Source: an uncultured Nitrososphaerota archaeon
GTDB taxonomy: Archaea > Thermoproteota > Nitrososphaeria > Nitrososphaerales > Nitrosopumilaceae
NCBI GenBank assembly: GCA_963701075.1
Contig: OY969559.1
Location: 320,001 to 384,000 of the forward strand
Length of the DNA: 64,000 bases
Direction of reading: 5' to 3'
The position numbers and the translations under genes were made by a program. Position 1 is the first letter of the stretch; each line of letters begins with the position of its first letter. This document shows positions 11,336 through 20,570 of this stretch, one piece after another. The notes under the pieces were generated by a model. The model did not search any database. It saw only the letters and a list, made by a program, of their open reading frames with translations, and was not told the DNA's origin.

Positions 11336-11377
11336 CTTATAGTATGGATGTTTTATCAGGGACAGCATGAAACATCA

Positions 11378-11397
11378 TAGCGGAACACCTAGCGGAA
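11378..11397. promoter_or_regulatory. Tandem TAGCGGAA repeat (12-bp period), candidate operator
   Basis: TAGCGGAA-cacc-TAGCGGAA upstream of the wHTH gene; related TTCCGCT/TTCTGTT pair with the same spacing at 10993-11011. Confidence 0.4.
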
Positions 11398-11539
11398 TAG
11401 ATATTTTATGCTCTGAAATGGCCTAAAATTATGCATTTACGAAGCGGGGGAGAGTATCATCAACAGTACATTTTAGCAATTATTTGAACAGATTTTATAT
11501 TGTACTATTGTAGGTTTGATAACAAAAGGAGGTGCAACA

Positions 11540-11866
11540 GTGAGCTTTAACGACTCTGGTTTTGGCGAGAGCCCAAGACAAGGATATAGTGGAAATAGAG
11601 GATACGGCGGAGGTCGAAGATTCGGAGGCGGCGGACGACGTTTTGATGATAGACCTAAGCCAGTAGAAATTGGCAAAGAATATGATGTATCCATAACAGA
11701 AATCAGTAGAAAAGGAGACGGTATTGCAAGAGTAGAAGGTTTTGTCATATTCGTCAAAGGTGGGCAAGTAGGCCAGAACGCAAAAATAAAGATTACGCAG
11801 GTCGGCGAACGCTTTGCTACTGCTGATTTAGTAGAAGAAGGAACCCCACAGACAGAAACAGAATAA
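11540..11866 (+). CDS. TRAM-domain RNA-binding protein with RG-rich N-terminus
   Basis: PKPVEIGKEYDVSITEISRKGDGIARVEGFVIFV; AGGAGGTG SD-like site before the GTG start. Confidence 0.9.
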   Translation: MSFNDSGFGESPRQGYSGNRGYGGGRRFGGGGRRFDDRPKPVEIGKEYDVSITEISRKGDGIARVEGFVIFVKGGQVGQNAKIKITQVGERFATADLVEEGTPQTETE

Positions 11867-11897
11867 GACTGGTTGTCTAGACGGCGTTTCTAATTTC

Positions 11898-12281
11898 TTA
11901 CAAATTACTAGTTTTCTTTTTTATATTTTCTATAATTTCCAATTTTCTTGTGATATCCATGTTTGGTTCCATGGTAACATAGACTGTTCTGTGTTTTGGA
12001 TAGACAACTATCTGCGTAACCTTTTGGCGTTCTATATGTACATAGTTGACAGAACCTAAACTCCTGTCAAATTGCTTTCGGATCTTTCTTCTTATGGCTA
12101 CCTGTTTACAAAAATGTTCTTCCTCTTTTTGTGACTTGAGGGATGTTTTACCTTCTTTCATTATGGCTTCTGATATGTTCCCTTTAAGATCTATAATTGC
12201 AGCAAACCGCATCATTGGATCTAGTTCTAAGATATCCTCTACTATGGGAAGTAGGTTTATCTTGTGATTATTCTTTTTCAA
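11898..12281 (-). CDS. Thaumarchaeal roadblock/profilin-like (DUF6659-type) protein
   Basis: ILELDPMMRFAAIIDLKG...FDRSLGSVNYVHIERQKV pattern. Confidence 0.65.
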   Translation of the reverse strand: MKKNNHKINLLPIVEDILELDPMMRFAAIIDLKGNISEAIMKEGKTSLKSQKEEEHFCKQVAIRRKIRKQFDRSLGSVNYVHIERQKVTQIVVYPKHRTVYVTMEPNMDITRKLEIIENIKKKTSNL

Positions 12282-12448
12282 TTAACGAAGAGCAAAAGAA
12301 CTTGATTCTAAATATATCTTGGTTTAAACTGACCTGATCGCTAAATCATGCCTAAAAGAGGGTCTTTCTCCACTTTAGTAAATAATCCGAGTAATTCTGT
12401 AATCTATTAACTTTTTATATATTACACATTACAGTAGTTATAAGCAAT

Positions 12449-13039
12449 ATGTTTGAAAAGTTTCGAAAGAAAAAGGATGAATTTGAACCAGATTCCACTA
12501 AAAAGGAAGAAGAAGGTGTCATAGCTGAAACCACGCAACATAAACCCCAAGAAATAGAACCAGAGAAAACCCCTAATGTTGTTGAACAACCTAATCCTAA
12601 GCCTTCTGAACAGGTAAAAATACCGGAACCTATACAGCAAAGAACAATGAGCACTTCAGGAGAAGATATAGGAATTGGAGCCCTCATGGATAAGCGAAAC
12701 AAGCTTGAGGAGACAATCGATTATGTGGGTTTAATGATCAAGAATTTGAAAGATAAGAGGACAAATTTAGAAAAGAGCATAGAAGACGAATCTGTAGATA
12801 TTAAGAATCTCAAGGAGAAATTGGTTAAGGTAGGTCAGTATATAGAAGAAGAAAAACAGGGAATAAGGACCCTGCAACAAAAGAGAAGTAATGTTGAAAG
12901 AGAGGCAGATGATGTTGCTGCAATTATCAACAATCTGCGCGAAAAATTATTGAGTATAGATAGAGTAGTAAACGAAGAAGGTAGTAAGATAGAGAAATTT
13001 AAAGATGCTCGACCTAAGTCAGAATCTTCCTTCAGCTAG
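12449..13039 (+). CDS. Coiled-coil protein with disordered N-terminus
   Basis: Long heptad-repeat C-terminal two thirds. Confidence 0.75.
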   Translation: MFEKFRKKKDEFEPDSTKKEEEGVIAETTQHKPQEIEPEKTPNVVEQPNPKPSEQVKIPEPIQQRTMSTSGEDIGIGALMDKRNKLEETIDYVGLMIKNLKDKRTNLEKSIEDESVDIKNLKEKLVKVGQYIEEEKQGIRTLQQKRSNVEREADDVAAIINNLREKLLSIDRVVNEEGSKIEKFKDARPKSESSFS

Positions 13040-13410
13040 AAGGTAAAACCTTCTTTCAGCATACTATTCAGATTTTCCTTTATTTCTTCTTCGGATGACA
13101 ATGAGTCAAGGTCTCTGATTAGTACCTCTGTTGCAAGACATTGGTTCTTTGAGAACTGATAATAACAGTCTAGTTTTTCCTGGTAGGTTTTTGCATTATA
13201 ATAGATAGTCCAAAAATTTTCTGTGGAATGTTGTACATAAAGTAAAAACTTTCGAATGACTATCTCAATTTTATGAGAGGGATTGTCTTTCATTAGTCCA
13301 ATTAAAATCTGCTCTAGTTTACTGTCCAGATTAGATTCGTAAATGAGTTGGTAAATATCCCCGTCTTTTGCCACAACCGCTTTACGCGACTGTATCATAA
13401 AAGCTTTCAT
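13036..13410 (-). CDS. Hypothetical protein
   Basis: 124 aa ORF with normal globular composition. Confidence 0.65.
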   Translation of the reverse strand: MKAFMIQSRKAVVAKDGDIYQLIYESNLDSKLEQILIGLMKDNPSHKIEIVIRKFLLYVQHSTENFWTIYYNAKTYQEKLDCYYQFSKNQCLATEVLIRDLDSLSSEEEIKENLNSMLKEGFTF

Positions 13411-13527
13411 CGATAATTTTCAAAAAATTCGCCATTTGTATGTAACAATTTGAGTTATCTTAAAAAAATTAAGATTTCAACTATAAAATTATTCACAATA
13501 CTTAAATAATTTGCATGCGTATTAATT

Positions 13528-13720
13528 ATCCCTGCCAAAGGAAATCCTCCCAAGACAGGCATCATGCAGCAGACATGTGATACGGTCAGGGTCAAATCCC
13601 TCCGCAGAAGTTCCAAGGAGAAATTCCGAGGATGTGGCGACAATGGTCGTCATCTCTTTGAATGCCACGGCATTCTCACATGACGTGTGAATCACACACG
13701 TCTGCATGATAGAATTTTTT
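13528..13720 (+). ncRNA. Candidate structured non-coding RNA (about 190 nt)
   Basis: Nested stems 13561-69/13702-10 and 13574-80/13676-82 plus five internal hairpins; CTTAAATA box at 13501; T6 at 13715-20. Confidence 0.55.
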
Positions 13721-13774
13721 CCAATCACAACAAACCAAATTATAATTTTTTATAATGATAAAAGTTTGCGTCGG

Positions 13775-14016
13775 TGAACGCTATCAATTATTTTATCAAA
13801 TCCTAGTTACTGGATTTTCTATTTTTAGCATCAAGTTCGGTCATCTTTTTCAAAAGTATACTACAAGGTCTTGAAGGAAAATATCTGAAAGTTAACAGTG
13901 TTATGATTGGAATAATGTTTTTGTAGGTTCGCTTGTAACTGATGAACTCACAAAGTTATTTGATTACTTGATACTATTCTTTTACAATATTGGTTGTTTT
14001 CCTAGTTCTGTTCAAG
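13775..14016 (+). pseudogene. Possible decayed membrane-protein gene interrupted by the IS
   Basis: Hydrophobic fragments in shifting frames (LLDFLFLASSSVIFFKSIL..., YSFTILVVFLVLFK) ending at the IS target site. Confidence 0.25.
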
Positions 14017-14890
14017 CAACTCATCCTAAAACTGATCATTTAGTAAATTTTTGACGATCACTGGATCTATCAGATGGAATAATCACACTGATTCCATGAA
14101 ATTCCAAGAAATCTCAGACAAACAATGGGAAACAATACAAAAACACCTTCCATCGCCTGCCAGAACAGGCAGACCAAGGTGTGATGACCGTACCACAATA
14201 AATGGAATCATGTTTATTCTGGTTACCGGCTGCAGGTGGGAGGAGATGCCAAAAAGATACGGCTCAAAATCAACTGCTCATCTCAGATTGCAGAAATGGC
14301 AGCAAAAAGGAATCTGGCAAAATATCTTATCTGATGCAATAAAATCAGCACACCATTCAGGGAAGATACAGCTGCAAAAGGTATCGGTTGATTCGTCAAC
14401 TGTTGCAGCCAAAAAAGGGGAGATGTGACAGGATACGACGGATTCAAAAGAATATCAGGCACGAAAATACATGTTGCAGTAGATTGCAATTCACTTCCAG
14501 TATCAATAATTATTGGTCCTGCAAATGAGCATGATTCAACAAAGCTCATCGATGTGATGGAAAACATCTCTGAATATCTTGATGATGATTCCATAGAACA
14601 GATCGTAGCTGTATATGCAGACAAGGGTTATGATGCAAAAAAGATTAGAGAGTATCTAAAGAATAGAAACATCAGGGACTGCATTCCATCCAGAAATTTC
14701 AAAAATAACAACAATAAGAAAAGTCAGAGTAATTACAACAGGACAAGATACGTGGTGGAGAGATTCTTTGCATGGCTCAAATGTGGATTCCACAGAATTA
14801 GAATCAGATATGAGAGAATTGCAGAAAATTATCTGGCATTTCTTAACATTACTGGAATAATGATGTATTGGAGGGTTTTAGGATGAGTTG
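14017..14890 (+). mobile_element. IS5-family insertion sequence, 874 bp
   Basis: 16-bp perfect TIR CAACTCATCCTAAAAC (14017-32 / 14875-90); AAG on both flanks (14014-16, 14891-93) as a 3-bp target duplication. Confidence 0.93.
14096..14886 (+). CDS. IS5-family DDE transposase in two ORFs joined at an A6G4 slippery site
   Basis: orfA TGRPR..GCRW..MP..YG..ST; orfB in the -1 frame GTKIHVAVD, ADKGYD, RYVVERFFAWLK; AAAAAAGGGG at 14411-20. Confidence 0.9.
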
Positions 14891-14927
14891 AAGATATATT
14901 TCTGCACAGACTATCTCACAAGACTGC

Positions 14928-15563
14928 CTAGATAAAGCTGGAAGATGATTGACTGCCGGCAGGCGTTGAAGGCAACTTGTCATTGACAGCCGCCTCTGCA
15001 ACTGCTGCAGCCTCTTGAATGATCTTCTCTGATTCCTCGTCTGAAACTCCGGAATCTATTCCAAATTCTCCGCCATGGAATGTATCCGTCATTAATCCTC
15101 CGAGCATATCAGTCATTCCTGATAACTCACGATCTGCTTCTGGCATGAACTGTACCAGAGATGATCTTAGACTCTTCATCAAGCCGATTGTTGGCATGAT
15201 TGTAGTGACCATATCGCCTAGATCGTGGAAGGTATTTAGTCTAAGCTCGATTTGCTCAAGTGCAATCCTGGCATTTCCTAGGAGCTTGGTAACTTTCCTG
15301 ACCTCAGCTAACTCTTTTGATAAAACTCTGCTAGCCGTAGTATCGTGCTGTTGAGTAGCAATTACAATTCTTTTGAATAACTTTTCATCTCTTTGTTTTA
15401 ATTTTGTAAGCATTCCGTCAAGTTTTCCAGTTTGGGCCTGAAGTCTTTTTACTGCTTGTTCCATTCTTGGCTTCAGAGGACCTTTTGGTCTTATTGTATC
15501 ATTAATTCTTTCATTAATACTTGGTGTCTGTGGTCTTTGCCAACTCTTATCAAACGTTGTCAT
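14928..15563 (-). CDS. ESCRT-III / CdvB paralog (Snf7 family)
   Basis: Helical Snf7 core: KLKQRDEKLFKRIV...ELAEVRKV...ALEQIELRL...EKIIQEAAAVAE. Confidence 0.88.
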   Translation of the reverse strand: MTTFDKSWQRPQTPSINERINDTIRPKGPLKPRMEQAVKRLQAQTGKLDGMLTKLKQRDEKLFKRIVIATQQHDTTASRVLSKELAEVRKVTKLLGNARIALEQIELRLNTFHDLGDMVTTIMPTIGLMKSLRSSLVQFMPEADRELSGMTDMLGGLMTDTFHGGEFGIDSGVSDEESEKIIQEAAAVAEAAVNDKLPSTPAGSQSSSSFI

Positions 15564-15744
15564 GGATACGACTGATAAAATCTGTTATTAATTTCAGGTG
15601 TAAAATGTGATTCACAGTATGCTAAATTTAGCTAACAAAACTTTGTATAAACATGGGCAATGCTGGTCTTCGATATAATTAAAAAATCAAAATTTTTGGA
15701 TAACCTATATTGGACATATCCTACGTTAACCCCACTGCAGAAAC

Positions 15745-15855
15745 CTATTGCATTACTTGAATTGCAATACTTCTCTGCGGGTGGATCTTCTGTATGTGAA
15801 TCGCGAGCGCGTTGCTTGATGGCTGTGATTCACAGCAAAGTGGACATTTTTCCAT
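15745..15855 (-). CDS. C2H2 zinc-finger microprotein (36 aa), not in ORF track
   Basis: MEKCPLCCESQPSSNALAIHIQKIHPQRSIAIQVMQ has C-x2-C-x12-H-x4-H; CTTAAATA box about 30-38 nt upstream on the minus strand. Confidence 0.7.
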   Translation of the reverse strand: MEKCPLCCESQPSSNALAIHIQKIHPQRSIAIQVMQ

Positions 15856-16249
15856 TTTATTTATTGCCTGTCATCCAAAACTAACGTATTTAAGGTTTTG
15901 GTTGAATCACTCTGACAACAAGAAAATTACCAAATTTTTGAAAGTTTTTTCTGTCTCTAAAAAAAGACGAGATGAAAACATTTTTTGAAAAATAAAGCAG
16001 TCAAAAAAATGTTTTCCAAAAATAAAAAATCATTTTCAAAAATTTAAGTTACAAAAAAAATTGATAATGATGATCCAGATCAGATTCTTGCTTTATGATA
16101 TTGGGGCATTGTGATTCAAGTTTTTACAATTAATTCAATATTATAATATAGAATATATAATTTTATTAGAAAACTCTTCTAATTTTACTAATTTCACTTA
16201 TAGTTAAACCTTTTTATTTATGTTAACCGAAATTCTTATAAGATATTAT

Positions 16250-17164
16250 ATGACTCGCGAATCCTTCGGTTCTGGTGGACGTTGCCCTCGTTGTGGAAAA
16301 GGTCCAATGGTTACAGACAGCACTACAGGTGAAATGTTTTGTGGTGGCTGTGGATTTGTTATGACAGAACGTGTCGAGGAATCTGGCCCAGAATGGAGAT
16401 CGTTTTCCAAAGAAGAACATGAAGATCGAAGCAGAACAGGAACCCCAACATCGCTTGCAATGCATGACATGGGACTAGCAACAATAATTGGTCCAGCCGA
16501 TAAAGATGCGTCAGGAAAACCGCTTTCTGCATCAATGAAGAGTACCATTGAACGACTCAGAACTTGGGACAGTCGAAGTCAAGTTCATGAACCAGTAGAT
16601 AGAAACTTTAGACAAGCTTTCAGTGAACTCGATAGACTAAAAGACAAACTTGCATTATCAGATGCAGTAATAGAAAAGACTGCATACATCTATCGAAAGG
16701 CACTTGATAAAGGCCTTGTCAGAGGAAGATCAATTCCTGGACTTGTAGCTGCTGCACTTTATGCAGCATGTAGAGATACCGAGACACCAAGAACTTTAAC
16801 TGACGTCGCAAGTGGAATCAACATTAAGAGAAAGGATGTTGCACGATGCTACAGACTTTTGCTCAGAGAACTGGATCTCAAGATGCCGGTGGTTGATCCA
16901 ATAAAATGTGTAGCAAGAATTGCAAGTAAAGCTGGATTAAGTGAAAAGACAAAAAGAAAGGCTCTGCAAATTCTAAAAGATGCGGCAGAGATTGAAATTT
17001 CTGCCGGTAAAGATCCAATGGGACTTGCGGCTGCAGCACTGTATCTCTCTTGTGTAATGAATGGAGAGAATAAAACGCAAAAAGATGTGGCACAAGCTGC
17101 TGGAGTAACCGAAGTAACAATCCGAAATAGATACAAGGGATTAAAAGAATCCCTAAAACTCTAA
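16250..17164 (+). CDS. tfb: Transcription initiation factor IIB
   Basis: CPRC..CGGCG zinc ribbon, GPEWRSF B-reader, two cyclin repeats, GVTEVTIRNRYK. Confidence 0.97.
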   Translation: MTRESFGSGGRCPRCGKGPMVTDSTTGEMFCGGCGFVMTERVEESGPEWRSFSKEEHEDRSRTGTPTSLAMHDMGLATIIGPADKDASGKPLSASMKSTIERLRTWDSRSQVHEPVDRNFRQAFSELDRLKDKLALSDAVIEKTAYIYRKALDKGLVRGRSIPGLVAAALYAACRDTETPRTLTDVASGINIKRKDVARCYRLLLRELDLKMPVVDPIKCVARIASKAGLSEKTKRKALQILKDAAEIEISAGKDPMGLAAAALYLSCVMNGENKTQKDVAQAAGVTEVTIRNRYKGLKESLKL

Positions 17165-17289
17165 ATTTTTCAAAATTAATTCTAGTTTCTTGATTGCAAC
17201 TTGTTTGATCTTGAAAAATAATCTCATGATAATTAGTTGCACCATCAATTACAATTGAAAATTTATCGAGAAGGCAAACACCAAATCAT

Positions 17290-17440
17290 CTAAGAATCTA
17301 CTGTTCACCATAAAATTATTGTAAAACAATGGGGCGTGGCCATTACCGCAGACTTACAGAGATTACCTCTTACAATCCACAAAGTGGATTCATGCTAAGG
17401 TCTGCGAAGCCACGCTCTCTAGGCAGTAGATTTTACATCC
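17290..17440 (+). ncRNA. Candidate structured non-coding RNA (about 150 nt)
   Basis: Three nested long-range stems and three hairpins in a GC-richer island inside AT-rich intergenic DNA; strand chosen from G-U pairs. Confidence 0.5.
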
Positions 17441-17685
17441 TTCTGCATTAATTTCTATAGAAGTTCAAAGTATTTATCATTTTATATATATTTTTTAATA
17501 TTTTTGATTACAATTATGAAAATTATTTGAAAAAGAAGTCAGAACAATACACAATTGCATAAACTACTTGTACAATATTTACAAGAATTTAGAAACAGCC
17601 CAACAACTCAAATTATGATTTAGTGGTATGATGAATCAAAAAAAGATTTAGCATTTATTAATGCACATAAGATTGAAGAGCTTCA

Positions 17686-18114
17686 ATGACAATAGGCGAA
17701 CATGATGAGTCTGGTAGAGTTTCGCTTTTTGCTAAACATGCATTCAAGTATTATGTAGTTGGAATAAGTGGAGTACTAGTAAATCTTGGAATTTTGTATG
17801 TTCTAAAAGAGTATATTGGGTTGTGGTATCTTGTTTCTTCTGCAATTGCAATCTACATATCCATGACAACAAACTTCTTTCTGAATAAAGCTTGGACCTT
17901 CAATGATACAATGGTGAAACAGTCAGCAGTTTTTATGTATGTCAAGTTCATTGGAATAAGCATTATTGGTATGTTAATTCAACTTGGATTCAACTATCTG
18001 TTTGTGGATAAAATACATTTGTACTATCTTCTGGCAGCGCTTATTTCAATAGTGATTGCATCAGGTGTGAATTTTGTTCTAAATAGACACATAACATTTG
18101 GAATAAAACTCTGA
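17686..18114 (+). CDS. GtrA-family membrane protein
   Basis: FKYYVVGISGVLVNLG...NFFLNKAWTF...NFVLNRHITF. Confidence 0.9.
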   Translation: MTIGEHDESGRVSLFAKHAFKYYVVGISGVLVNLGILYVLKEYIGLWYLVSSAIAIYISMTTNFFLNKAWTFNDTMVKQSAVFMYVKFIGISIIGMLIQLGFNYLFVDKIHLYYLLAALISIVIASGVNFVLNRHITFGIKL

Positions 18115-18126
18115 GATGTAAAACAG

Positions 18127-18867
18127 ATGAAATTTTCTGGAAAAGTTGTAATCATTACAGGAGGTAGCAGGGGCATAGGAAAAGCGGCAGCCAACCTTTT
18201 TGCAAAAGAGGGAGCAAATGTTGTGATCACAGCAAAAAACAATACAAGGCTTCAGTCAACAGCCAAAGAACTAGGAGTAATTGGTATTTTAGGAGATATT
18301 AGGAGAAAGGATGATGTTAATGGTGTTGTAAAAAAAACTCTGGACAAATTTGGCAAGATAGACATATTGGTAAACAATGCAGGAATATTTCCAGATGTAA
18401 AGCCGTTACATGAAACCTCTGAAGAAGAATGGAATGAGATAATTGATACAAACCTGACAGGACAATTTCGTTTTACAAAGGCAGTCATCCCACACATGAT
18501 GAAAAATGGAGGATGTATCATAAATATCTCATCAGATGCTGGGCTCAAATCATTTGAAAATTTTGAAGCTGATTCGTATTCAGCCACAAAGGCTGCCTTA
18601 ATACACCTAACAAAGGCCTGGGCAATAGAATATGCCAAGTACAAGATTCGAGTGAATTGTATCTGTCCTGGCATAGTTGAGACAGATATGACAGAACCCT
18701 ATCTTAGAACAGAAACAGATAGAGCCATGGCAATAGCTGAACACCCAATAGGAAGGATTGGCAATCCAGAAGACGTTGCAAGGGCTATACTATACTTTGC
18801 ATCTGAGGATTCATCATGGATTACAGGGGCAATTCTATCAGTAGATGGCGGAGTAGCAACAAAGTGA
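18127..18867 (+). CDS. Short-chain dehydrogenase/reductase
   Basis: TGGSRGIG, NNAG, YSATK. Confidence 0.93.
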   Translation: MKFSGKVVIITGGSRGIGKAAANLFAKEGANVVITAKNNTRLQSTAKELGVIGILGDIRRKDDVNGVVKKTLDKFGKIDILVNNAGIFPDVKPLHETSEEEWNEIIDTNLTGQFRFTKAVIPHMMKNGGCIINISSDAGLKSFENFEADSYSATKAALIHLTKAWAIEYAKYKIRVNCICPGIVETDMTEPYLRTETDRAMAIAEHPIGRIGNPEDVARAILYFASEDSSWITGAILSVDGGVATK

Positions 18868-18909
18868 ATCAGCCATATCAAATTAATAGAACTACCCCTT
18901 ACTTATGGC

Positions 18910-19134
18910 ATGGACGCCAAGAGGAAACAATCGCTTAAGATAATCATTACATTAGCTATAGTCTGGTTTGCTGCCGCTTTACCAGTACCATTTCTGTGGT
19001 CAAATCCCGATCCTCAACACCCAGAACAGTACAAAGTGTACCTAGAGATTGCAGCAATAGTTTCAGTTCCCTTCATAGCGATGGGGATTGTCTGGACCTT
19101 AAAACCTGAGCTTGCCACAAGAGGATCTAGATAA
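18910..19134 (+). CDS. Small membrane protein (2 TM)
   Basis: 74 aa, two hydrophobic helices. Confidence 0.7.
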   Translation: MDAKRKQSLKIIITLAIVWFAAALPVPFLWSNPDPQHPEQYKVYLEIAAIVSVPFIAMGIVWTLKPELATRGSR

Positions 19135-19870
19135 GAAATTCGACTGCGCCATTTCCTTCCGGCGTAATCTTTATCCAACGAGTTCTCCCTATCCTCTCAA
19201 TCTCAACAAACTTCCATTCATTTAAGAGTGGTTGTATTATGTTTTTATCGAGGCTTGCAAACCTGGCTTGCTGAAAGTTTTCCTCTTTTGCATTTATCAC
19301 AATTAGCTTTTTTTCTTCCGCAAGCCTTGCCATTTCCTTTTTTGTTATTTTACCACCATTTTGTTTTATTATTTTTAGTGCTTGAACCAATACTGGTTTT
19401 GGTGTATGAATTTCATATGCAGGTAGCTTTACCACCGTCTTTAATCCTGAAGAAAGTTGTTCTCCCTTCACACTAGCATAGCTTTCTGGCTCTGCATAGT
19501 ATGGAGTAAGCTTTGTCTTTCCTTGAAACATCATACATGCCATCATACATGCAATTGCCTGAATTTTTGAACCGGAAGAACAATTTACAAATATGTCATT
19601 GTCTTTTTCTTTCTCTACAATCTCTCTAACTGATTTGAGTATCTTGAAGAGATCAAATCTATCAGAATATTCTACGCGAACTTCGATCTTTTCTTTTCTT
19701 AATTGTGCCCTTATCTTTTCCATGTAACCTTGGGCCCTATCTTTTGTCGGCTCGCCATGCATCAAAAGCCAGACTCTGTCTGCCTTCATCTGCTTTGCAG
19801 TAATCGCAATTCTGTCAATCTCAAAGCCTACTGGAGCAATGTGCACTCGAAGATTTACAATGGTACTCAT
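19127..19870 (-). CDS. HFX_2341/DUF6293-type regulator (CARF-like Rossmann domain plus wHTH)
   Basis: RVHIAPVGFEIDRI, ADRVWL, VNCSSGSK motifs; C-terminal wHTH ending GRTRWIKITPEG. Confidence 0.8.
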   Translation of the reverse strand: MSTIVNLRVHIAPVGFEIDRIAITAKQMKADRVWLLMHGEPTKDRAQGYMEKIRAQLRKEKIEVRVEYSDRFDLFKILKSVREIVEKEKDNDIFVNCSSGSKIQAIACMMACMMFQGKTKLTPYYAEPESYASVKGEQLSSGLKTVVKLPAYEIHTPKPVLVQALKIIKQNGGKITKKEMARLAEEKKLIVINAKEENFQQARFASLDKNIIQPLLNEWKFVEIERIGRTRWIKITPEGNGAVEFLI

Positions 19871-20009
19871 GATATTATGTATAGTTTGCATACTAAGGTG
19901 ATGATATATAATAATTGTGAATTCATACCTAAATCATGCAACAAAAATACGAACTGGAACAATGCAAAGTTTCATTTTATCCAAAAGTAAAGTCTGTCTT
20001 TGAAGATTA

Positions 20010-20552
20010 CTAATTTTTCATCCAGTAAGTTTGTTCCAGATAATCTAATGACTTGATCATCTCATCAAGTTTTGCCACAACGGCATTAACTGCACGAAAT
20101 TCTTCATACATCATTTTTTCCTCTTCAGGCGACAAGATTTGTTTTTCTGCAGTATCAAAAAACTTGTCTTCCTTTGTCATGTGATCATTTAGATAAACTG
20201 CATAAGTTTTAAGAAATCTTGCAACTGGTTCCCTTTCACTTTCTCCCTCTTTCCATTTCTTCAAATATACCGAGATGTTACTTGCAATACGACGACTAAA
20301 CTCATGCTCGATCATAAATGCTTGTATCTCTTCTTTTAGGGATCCGTAGCTTCCAACGCAGGCAAAGTACGCATCCTCCTCTCTAGAATAATGAATGGCA
20401 TCAAGAAATTCAGACATGATTATGACTATTTTTTCCAGATCTGAAAATGGAATGTCTTGTCCAACATAGAGTTTTGTATAGCATTGAATAATTATCTTTT
20501 CAAGTCGGCGCATCTGTTTGTGGTCGTTTCTTAGTATTTCGGTGGCACTCAT
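20010..20552 (-). CDS. Hemerythrin (HHE) domain protein
   Basis: LRNDH, HYSREE, IEHE, HMTKED iron-ligand motifs. Confidence 0.88.
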   Translation of the reverse strand: MSATEILRNDHKQMRRLEKIIIQCYTKLYVGQDIPFSDLEKIVIIMSEFLDAIHYSREEDAYFACVGSYGSLKEEIQAFMIEHEFSRRIASNISVYLKKWKEGESEREPVARFLKTYAVYLNDHMTKEDKFFDTAEKQILSPEEEKMMYEEFRAVNAVVAKLDEMIKSLDYLEQTYWMKN

Positions 20553-20570
20553 AGTTTATCCATCCTAGTC

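Noticed and set aside
13522-13707. Minus-strand 61-aa ORF with two C-x2-H-x2-C motifs (possible metal-binding or RiPP-like peptide)
   Set aside because: The paired motifs coincide with the inverted-repeat arms of the structured element, and G-U pairs, TATA box and T-tract favour a + strand RNA; not fully excluded
13528-13720. RNase P RNA or cobalamin riboswitch identity for this element
   Set aside because: AAGGAAATCCTCC only loosely resembles RNase P CR-I, no complementary 3' CR-V is visible and it is too short; no B12-box consensus
15660-15884. 74-aa + strand ORF from the track
   Set aside because: No recognisable motif; it is the antisense shadow of the C2H2 microprotein gene
17329-17451. 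40-aa + strand ORF MGRGHYRR...
   Set aside because: No motif; base-pairing pattern explains the sequence better than coding
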